A stretch of 64,000 nucleotides of DNA from Squalus acanthias (taxonomy: Eukaryota), in contig CM059432.1 in assembly GCA_030390025.1 (NCBI GenBank), forward strand, positions 74,712,001-74,776,000. The letters run 5' to 3'. The translations under genes were made by a program, and so were the position numbers. Of the stretch, positions 53,601-64,000 are shown in pieces. The first letter of the stretch is position 1. Each line of letters begins with the position of its first letter. The notes under the pieces were generated by a model. It did not search any database. It was not told where the DNA came from and saw nothing but the letters and a program-made list of their open reading frames with translations.

Positions 53601-56600
53601 GCATCAGTACAAGGGGATCAACATAACGGGTCAATAGAAGGGATCAATACAAGGGATCAATACAAGGTATCATTAGAAGAGAACAATAAAAGGGATCAAT
53701 ATGAGTGATCAATTCAAGGGATCAGTACAAGGGATCAATAGAAGGGATAAATACAAGGGATCAGGACAGGGGTTCAGGAGAAGGAATCAGGACAAGGGAT
53801 CAATAGAAGGGATAACTACAAGGGATCAATACAAGGGGTCAGTAAAAGGGATCAGTACATGGGATCAATACAAGGGATCAGTACAGGGGATCAATACAAG
53901 GGATAAATACAAGGGATCAATACAAGGAATCAATAAAAATGGTTCAATACAAATGATCAGTACAAGCGATCAATACAAGGGATGAATAGAACGGATAAAT
54001 ACAAGGGAGCAGGACAGGGGATCAGGACAAGGGTTCAGGACAAGGGATCAATACAAGGGATCAAGACAATGAATTAATAAAAGGATCAATACAAGGGATC
54101 AATACAAGGGATCAGTACAAGGGATCAATAGAAGGAATCAATGCAAGGGATTAATAGAATGGATCAATACAAGGGATCAGTACAAGGAATGAATACAAGG
54201 GATCAGGACAGGGGATCAATACAAGGGATGAGAACAAGGGATCAATAAAAGTGATCAATAGAATGGATAAACACAAGGGATCAGGACAGGTGATCAAAAT
54301 AGGGGATCAGGAGTAGGGATCAACACAAGGGATCAAGACAATGGATTAATAGAAGGGATCAGTACAAGAGATCAATAGAAAGAATCAATACAAGGGATCA
54401 GTACAAGGGATTAATAGAAGGAATCAATACAAGGGATCAATACAAGGGATCAGGACAGGGGATCAATACAAGGAATCAGAACAAGGGTTCAATACATAGA
54501 ACAGTACAAGGGACCAGTAGAAGGGATCAGTACAAGGGATCAATACAAGTGATCAGTACAAGGGATCAGTTCAAGGGACAAATACAAGGGATCAATACAC
54601 GGGATCAGTACAAGGGGATCAATACAACGGATCAATAGAAGGGATCAATACAAGGTATCATTAGAAGAGAACAATAAAAGGGATCAATATGAGTGATCAA
54701 TACAAGTGATCAGTACAAGGGATCAGTTCAAGAGATCAATACAAGGGATCAGGACAGGGGTTGAGGACAATGGATCAGGACAGCGGATCAGGAGAAGTTT
54801 TAATACAAGGGTTCAGTACAAGGGATCAAGACAAGGGATCAATACAAGAGATCAATAAAAAGAGATCAATACAAGTGATCTGTACAAGGGATCAGTTCAA
54901 GGGACTAATACAAGGGATCAATACACGGGATCAGTACAAGGGGATCAATACAACGGATCAATAGAAGGGATCAATACAAGGGATCAAGACAAGGGATCAA
55001 TACAAGAGATCAATAAAAAGGGATCAATACAAGTGATCTGTACAAGGGATCAGTTCAAGAGATCAATGCAAGGGATCAATAAAAAGGGATCAATACAAGT
55101 GATCAGTACAAGGGATCAGTTCAAGGGATCAATCTATGGGATCAATACAAGGCATCAGTACAAGGGGATCAACATAACGGGTCAATAGAAGGGATCAATA
55201 CAAGGGATCAATACAAGGTATCATTAGAAGAGAACAATAAAAGGGATCAATATGAGTGATCAATTCAAGGGATCAGTACAAGGGATCAAGAAGGGATCAA
55301 TAGAAGGGATAAATACAAGGGATCAGGACAGGGGTTCAGGAGAAGGAATCAGGACAAGGGATCAATACAAGGGATAACTACAAGGGATCAATACAATGGA
55401 TCAATACAAGGGATCAATACAAGGGATTAATAGAAGGGATAACTACAAGGGATCAATACAAGGGGTCAGTAAAAGGGATCAGTACATGGGATCAATACAA
55501 GGGACCAATACAAGGGATAAATAGAAGGGATCATTATAAGGGATCAGTACAAGAGATCAATACAAGGGATCAATACCAGGGATCAATACAAGGGATCAGT
55601 ACAAGTGATCAATACAAGGGATCAATACCAGGGATCAATACAAGGGATCAATACAAGGGATTAATAGAAGGGATAAATACAAGGGATCAGGACAGGGGAT
55701 CAGGATAAGGGACCAGGACACGGGATCAATACAAGGGATAAATACAATGGATTAATAGAATGGATCAATACAAGCGATCAGTACAAGGGATCAGTTCAAG
55801 GGATTAATAGAAGGAATCAATACAAGGGATCAATACAAGGGATCAGGACAGGGGATCAATACAAGGAATCAGAACAACGGATCAATCCATAGAACAGTAC
55901 AAGGGATCAAAACAAGTTATCAATAAAAGGGATCAGTTCAAGGGACTAATACAAGGGATCAGGACAGGGGATCAATACAAGGGATCAGGACAAGGGATCA
56001 GAATAAGGGATCAGGAGAAGGGATCAATACAAGGGATCAAGACAATGGATTCATAGAAGGGATCAATACCAGTGATCAGTACAAGAGATCAATAGAAAGA
56101 ATCAATACAAGGGATCAGTAGAAGGGAATAATAGAAGGAATCAATACAAGGAATCAATACAAGGGATCAGGACAGGGGATCAATACAAGGGATCAGAACA
56201 AGGGATCAATACATAGAACAGTACAAGGGATCAGTACAAGGGATCAATACAAGTGATCAATACAAGGGATCAATACATGGGATCAATTCAAGGGATCAAT
56301 AAAAAGGGATCAAAATAAGTGATCCAGACAGAGGATTAATACAAGGGATTAATAGAAGGGATAAATAAAAGGGGTCAGTAGAAGGGATTAATAGAAGGAA
56401 TCAATACAAGGGATCAAGACAATGGATTAATAGAAGGGATCAATACAAAGGATCAATAGAAAGGATATATAAATTGGATCAGGACAGGGGATCAGGACAA
56501 GGGATCAGGTCAAGGGATCAAGACAAAGTATCAATACAAGGGATCAGTACAAGGGATCAAGAAGGGATCAATAAAAAGAACAATTACAAGGGATCAGGAC

Positions 56601-59600
56601 AGGGGATAAGGACAAGGGATCAATATAATGGATTAATAGAAGGGATCAATACAAGGGACCAGGACAGGGGATCAGGACAAGAGATCAGGACAAGGGGTCA
56701 ATACAAGGGATCAATAGAAGGGATCAATACAAGGGATCAATACAAGGGATCAATTGAAGGGATCAGTACAAGGGATCAATACAGGGGTTCAATACAAGGG
56801 ATTAATAGAAGGGATAAATACAAGGGATCAATACAAGGGATCAATAGAAGGGATAAATACAAGTGATCAGGACAGAGGATCAGGACAATGGTCAGGACAA
56901 AGGATCAATACAAGGGATCAATAGAAGGGATAAATACAAGGGATCAGGAAAGGGGATCAGGACAAGGGATCAGGAGAAGGGATCAATACAAGGGATCAGT
57001 ACAGGGGATCAATACAAGGGATTAATACAAGGGATCAGAACAAGGGATCAATACATAGAACAGTACAAGGGATCATTACAAGGAATTAATAGAAGGGATC
57101 ATTATAAGGGATCAGTACAAGAGATCATTAGAAGGGATCAATACAAGGGATCAGTACAAGGGATAAATACAAGGGATCAATACAAGGAATCGATAAAAAT
57201 GGTTCAATACAAGTGATCAGTACAAGCGATCAATACAAGGGATCAATAGAATGGATAAATACAAGGGAGCAGGACAGGGGATCAGGACAAGGGTTCAGGA
57301 CAAGGGATCAATACAAGGGATCAAGACAATGAATTAATAAAAGGATCAATACAAGGGATCAATACAAGGGATCAGTACAAGGGATCAATAGAAGGAATCA
57401 ATGCAAGGGATTAATAGAATGGATCAATACAAGGGATCAGTACAAGGAGTGAATACAAGGGATCAGGACAGGGGATCAATACAAGGGATGAGAACAAGGG
57501 ATCAATAAAAGTGATCAATAGAATGGATAAACACAAGGGATCAGGACAGGTGATCAAAATAGGGGATCAGGAGTAGGGATCAACACAAGGGATCAAGACA
57601 ATGGATTAATAGAAGGGATCAGTACAAGAGATCAATAGCAAGAATCAATACAAGGGATCAGTACAAGGGATTAATAGAAGGAATCAATACAAGGGATCAA
57701 TACAAGGGATCAGGACAGGGGATCAATACAAGGGATCAGAACAAGGGATCAATACATAGAACAGTACAACGGATCAGTACAAGGGATCAATACAAGTGAT
57801 CAATACAATGGATCAATACACGGGATCAATACAAGGGATCAATAAAAAGGGATCAAAACAAGTGATCAAGACAGAGGATTAATACAAGGGATTAATAGAA
57901 GGGATAAATAAAAGGGGTCAGTAGAAGGGATTAATAGAAGGAATCAATACAAGGGATCAAGACAATGGATTAATAGAAGGGATCAATACAAAGGATCAAT
58001 AGAAAGGATATATACAAGGGATCAGGACAGGGGATCAGGACAAGGGATCAGGTCAAGGGATCAAGACAAAGGAGCAATACAAGGGATCAGTACAAGGGAT
58101 CAAGAAGGGATCAATAAAAATAACAATTACAAGGGATCAGGACCGGGGATAAGGACAAGGGATCAATATAATGGATTAATAGAAGGGATCAATACAAGGG
58201 ACCAGAACAGGGGATCAGGACAAGAGATCAGGACAAGGGATCAATACAAGGGATCAATACAAGGGATCAATAGAAGGGATCAATACAAGGGATCAATACA
58301 AGGGATCAATTGAAGGGATCAATATAAGGGATCAATACAAGGGATCAATACAAGGGATCAATACAAGGGATCAATTGAAGGGACCAATATAAGGGATCAA
58401 TACAAGGGATCAATACAAGGGATCAATACAATGGATTAATAGAAGGGATCAATATAAAGGATCAATAGAAGGGATAAATAGAAGGGATCAGAACAGGGGA
58501 TTAGGACAAGGGATCAGGACAAGGGATCAATACAAGGGATCAGGACAAGGGATCAATACAAGGGATCAAGACAAGGGATCAATACAAGAGATCAATAAAA
58601 AGGGATCAATACAAGTGATCTGTACAAGGGATCAGTTCAAGAGATCAATACAAGGGATCAATAAAAAGGGATCAATACAAGTGATCAGTACAAGGGATCA
58701 GTTCAAGGGACTAATACAAGGGATCAATCTATGGGATCAATACAAGGGATCAGTACAAGGGGATCAACATAACGGGTCAATAGAAGGGATCAATACAAGG
58801 GATCAATACAAGGTATCATTAGAAGAGAACAATAAAAGGGATCAATATGAGTGATCAATTCAAGGGATCAGTACAAGGGATCAATAGAAGGGATAAATAC
58901 AAGGGATCAGGACAGGGGTTCAGGAGAAGGAATCAGGACAAGGGATCAATAGAAGGGATAACTACAAGGGATCAATACAAGGGGTCAGTAAAAGGGATCA
59001 GTACATGGGATCAATACAAGGGATCAGTACAGGGGATCAATACAAGGGATAAATACAAGGGATCAATACAAGGAATCAATAAAAATGGTTCAATACAAAT
59101 GATCAGTACAAGCGATCAATACAAGGGATCAATAGAACGGATAAATACAAGGGAGCAGGACAGGGGATCAGGACAAGGGTTCAGGACAAGGGATCAATAC
59201 AAGGGATCAAGACAATGAATTAATAAAAGGATCAATACAAGGGATCAATACAAGGGATCAGTACAAGGGATCAATAGAAGGAATCAATGCAAGGGATTAA
59301 TAGAATGGATCAATACAAGGGATCAGTACAAGGAATGAATACAAGGGATCAGGACAGGGGATCAATACAAGGGATGAGAACAAGGGATCAATAAAAGTGA
59401 TCAATAGAATGGATAAACACAAGGGATCAGGACAGGTGATCAAAATAGGGGATCAGGAGTAGGGATCAACACAAGGGATCAAGACAATGGATTAATAGAA
59501 GGGATCAGTACAAGAGATCAATAGAAAGAATCAATACAAGGGATCAGTACAAGGGATTAATAGAAGGAATCAATACAAGGGATCAATACAAGGGATCAGG

Positions 59601-62600
59601 ACAGGGGATCAATACAAGGAATCAGAACAAGGGTTCAATACATAGAACAGTACAAGGGACCAGTAGAAGGGATCAGTACAAGGGATCAATACAAGTGATC
59701 AGTACAAGGGATCAGTTCAAGGGACAAATACAAGGGATCAATACACGGGATCAGTACAAGGGGATCAATACAACGGATCAATAGAAGGGATCAATACAAG
59801 GTATCATTAGAAGAGAACAATAAAAGGGATCAATATGAGTGATCAATACAAGTGATCAGTACAAGGGATCAGTTCAAGAGATCAATACAAGGGATCAGGA
59901 CAGGGGTTGAGGACAATGGATCAGGACAGCGGATCAGGAGAAGTTTTAATACAAGGGTTCAGTACAAGGGATCAATAGAAGGGATCAATACAAGGGATCA
60001 GGACAGGGGATATGGACAAGGGATCAATACAAGGGATCAATAAAATGGATTAATAGAAGGGATCAATATAAAGGATCAATAGAAGGGATAAATAGAAGGG
60101 ATCAGAACAGGGGATTAGGACAAGGGATCAGGACAAGGGATCAATACAAGGGATCAAGACAAGGGATCAATACAAGAGATCAATAAAAAGGGATCAATAC
60201 AAGTGATCTGTACAAGGGATCAGTTCAAGGGACTAATACAAGGGATCAATACACGGGATCAGTACAAGGGGATCAATACAAGGGATCAATAGAAGGGATC
60301 AATACAAGGTATCATTAGAAGAGAACAATAAAAGGGATCAATATGAGTGATCAATACAAGTGATCAGTACAAGGGATCAGTTCAAGAGATCAATACAAGG
60401 GATCAGGACAGGGGTTGAGGACAATGGATCAGGACAGCGGATCAGGAGAAGTTTTAATACAAGGGTTCAGTACAAGGGATCAATAGAAGGGATCAATACA
60501 AGGGATCAGGACAGGGGATATGGACAAGGGATCAATACAAGGGATCAATAAAATGGATTAATAGAAGGGATCAATATAAAGGATCAATAGAAGGGATAAA
60601 TAGAAGGGATCAGAACAGGGGATTAGGACAAGGGATCAGGACAAGGGATCAATACAAGGGATCAGGACAAGGGATCAATACAAGGGATCAAGACAAGGGA
60701 TCAATACAAGAGATCAATAAAAAGGGATCAATACAAGTGATCTGTACAAGGGATCAGTTCAAGAGATCAATACAAGGGATCAATAAAAAGGGATCAATAC
60801 AAGTGATCAGTACAAGGGATCAGTTCAAGGGACTAATACAAGGGATCAATCTATGGGATCAATACAAGGCATCAGTACAAGGGGATCAACATAACGGGTC
60901 AATAGAAGGGATCAATACAAGGGATCAATACAAGGTATCATTAGAAGAGAACAATAAAAGGGATCAATATGAGTGATCAATTCAAGGGATCAGTACAAGG
61001 GATCAAGAAGGGATCAATAGAAGGGATAAATACAAGGGATCAGGACAGGGGTTCAGGAGAAGGAATCAGGACAAGGGATCAATACAAGGGATAACTACAA
61101 GGGATCAATACAATGGATCAATACAAGGGATCAATACAAGGGATTAATAGAAGGGATAACTACAAGGGATCAATACAAGGGGTCAGTAAAAGGGATCAGT
61201 ACATGGGATCAATACAAGGGACCAATACAAGGGATTAATAGAAGGGATCATTATAAGGGATCAGTACAAGAGATCAATACAAGGGATCAATACCAGGGAT
61301 CAATACAAGGGATCAGTACAAGTGATCAATACAAGGGATCAATACCAGGGATCAATACAAGGGATCAATACAAGGGATTAATAGAAGGGATAAATACAAG
61401 GGATCAGGACAGGGGATCAGGATAAGGGACCAGGACACGGGATCAATACAAGGGATAAATACAATGGATTAATAGAATGGATCAATACAAGCGATCAGTA
61501 CAAGGGATCAGTTCAAGGGATTAATAGAAGGAATCAATACAAGGGATCAATACAAGGGATCAGGACAGGGGATCAATACAAGGGATCAGAACAACGGATC
61601 AATCCATAGAACAGTACAAGGGATCAAAACAAGTTATCAATAAAAGGGATCAGTTCAAGGGACTAATACAAGGGATCAGGACAGGGGATCAATACAAGGG
61701 ATCAGGACAAGGGATCAGAATAAGGGATCAGGAGAAGGGATCAATACAAGGGATCAAGACAATGGATTCATAGAAGGGATCAATACCAGTGATCAGTACA
61801 AGAGATCAATAGAAAGAATCAATACAAGGGATCAGTAGAAGGGATTAATAGAAGGAATCAATACAAGGGATCAATACAAGGGATCAGGACAGGGGATCAA
61901 TACAAGGGATCAGAACAAGGGATCAATCCATAGAACAGTACAAGGGATCAAAACAAGTTATCAATAAAAGGGATCAGTTCAAGGGACTAATACAAGGGAT
62001 CAGGACAGGGGATCAATACAAGGGATCAGGACAAGGGATCAGAATAAGGGATCAGGAGAAGGGATCAATACAAGGGATCAAGACAATGGATTCATAGAAG
62101 GGATCAATACCAGTGATCAGTACAAGAGATCAATAGAAAGAATCAATACAAGGGATCAGTAGAAGGGATTAATAGAAGGAATCAATACAAGGGATCAATA
62201 CAAGGGATCAGGACAGGGGATCAATACAAGGGATCAGAACAACGGATCAATCCATAGAACAGTACAAGGGATCAAAACAAGTTATCAATAAAAGGGATCA
62301 GTTCAAGGGACTAATACAAGGGATCAGGACAGGGGATCAATACAAGGGATCAGGACAAGGGATCAGAATAAGGGATCAGGAGAAGGGATCAATACAAGGG
62401 ATCAAGACAATGGATTCATAGAAGGGATCAATACCAGTGATCAGTACAAGAGATCAATAGAAAGAATCAATACAAGGGATCAGTAGAAGGGATTAATAGA
62501 AGGAATCAATACAAGGGATCAATACAAGGGATCAGGACAGGGGATCAATACAAGGGATCAGAACAACGGATCAATCCATAGAACAGTACAAGGGATCAAA

Positions 62601-64000
62601 ACAAGTTATCAATAAAATGGATCCGTTCAAGGGACTAATACAAGGGATCAGGACAGGGGATCAATACAAGGGATCAGGACAAGGGATCAGAATAAGGGAT
62701 CAGGAGAAGGGATCAATACAAGGGATCAAGACAATGGATTAATAGAAGGGATCAATACCAGTGATCAGTACAAGAGATCAATAGAAAGAATCAATACAAG
62801 GGATCAGTAGAAGGGAATAATAGAAGGAATCAATACAAGGAATCAATACAAGGGATCAGGACAGGGGATCAATACAAGGGATCAGGACAAGGGATCAATA
62901 CATAGAACAGTACAAGGGATCAGTACAAGGGATCAATACAAGTGATCAATACAAGGGATCAATACATGGGATCAATTCAAGGGATCAATAAAAAGGGATC
63001 AAAACAAGTGATCAAGACAGAGGATTAATACAAGGGATTAATAGAAGGGATAAATAAAAGGGGTCAGTAGAAGGGATTAGTAGAAGGAATCAATACAAGG
63101 GATCAAGACAATGGATTAATAGAAGGGATCAATACAAAGGATCAATAGAAAGGATATATAAATTGGATCAGGACAGGGGATCAGGACAAGGGATCAGGTC
63201 AAGGGATCAAGACAAAGGATCAATACAAGGGATCAGTACAAGGGATCAAGAAGGGATCAATAAAAAGAACAATTACAAGGGATCAGGACAGGGGATAAGG
63301 ACAAGGGATCAATATAATGGATAAATAGAAGGGATCAATACAAGGGATCAGGACAGGGGATCAGGACAAGGGATCAGGTCAAGGGATCAAGACAAAGGAT
63401 CAATACAAGGGATCAGTACAAGGGATCAAGAAGGGATCAATAAAAAGAACAATTACAAGGGATCAGGACAGGGGATAAGGACAAGGGATCAATATAATGG
63501 ATTAATAGAAGGGATCAATACAAGGGACCAGGACAGGGGATCAGGACAAGAGATCAGGACAAGGGATCAATACAAGGGATCAATAGAAGGGATCAATAGA
63601 AGGGATCAATACAAGGGATCAATACAAGGGATCAATTGAAGGGATCAGTACAAGGGATCAATACAGGGGATCAATACAAGGGATTAATAGAAGGGATAAA
63701 TACAAGGGATCAATACAAGGGATCAATAGAAGGGATAAATACAAGTGATCAGGACAGAGGATCAGGACAAGGGTCAGGACAAGGGATCAATACAAGGGAT
63801 CAATAGAAGGGATAAATACAAGGGATCAGGAAAGGGGATCAGGACAAGGGATCAGGAGAAGGGATCAATACAAGGGATCAGTACAGGGGATCAATACAAG
63901 GGATTAATACAAGGGATCAGAACAAGGGATCAATACATGGAACAGTACAAGGGATCATTACAAGGAATTAATAGAAGGGATCATTATAAGGGATCAGTAC
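50646..64000 (+). repeat. 13-bp tandem satellite, right array enriched in GGGATCAGGACAA/GGGATAAATACAA variants, with multi-kb, 324-bp and 180-bp duplications
   Basis: Same 13-bp period; marker AATCCATAGAACAG at 55884, 61601, 61925, 62249, 62573; near-identical 180-bp repeat at 63181/63361. Confidence 0.98.

Noticed and set aside
293..60976. Dozens of + strand ORFs encoding KGSIQGINTRDQY-type repeats
   Set aside because: Three 13-bp monomers give a stop-free 13-aa period on the + strand; ORFs end wherever TAG/TAA/TGA variants fall in frame, and indels ignore codon phase. These are satellite translation artefacts.
1..64000. CRISPR array or bacterial Dam/iteron-type GATC repeats
   Set aside because: No unique spacers, no cas or replication genes; vertebrate-type CR1 elements indicate a eukaryotic satellite.
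1..64000. Telomeric repeat array
   Set aside because: No TTAGGG tracts; the degenerate 13-mer with higher-order structure and internal retroposons does not fit telomerase-synthesised DNA.

Overview
Eukaryotic heterochromatin-like window, probably from a cartilaginous fish (inferred from the CR1 and HE1-type retroposon sequences). About 90% is one head-to-tail 13-bp satellite (consensus GGGATCAATACAA) arranged in nested higher-order repeats that differ from block to block. Retroposons interrupt it, all on the + strand: (1) an essentially full-length CR1-clade LINE (14077-18611) with two 76-bp GC-rich 5' monomers, a frameshifted zinc-finger/leucine-zipper/SGNH-esterase ORF1, an intact 983-aa APE-RT ORF2, a duplicated 3' recognition domain and a (TTCTTATG)3 tail; (2) a 5'-truncated CR1 of another subfamily (~49902-50645); (3) two copies of a 92-bp SINE/LINE 3'-tail fragment (3550-3641, 7210-7301) that were duplicated together with the satellite. 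The most notable observation is a correctly phased U_UUA_AAC slippery heptamer just before the ORF1 stop, whose -1 frame runs open into ORF2. This is a candidate gag-pol-like programmed -1 frameshift in a non-LTR element. The many 'KGSIQGINTRDQY' ORFs are translation artefacts of the satellite; no host genes are evident.
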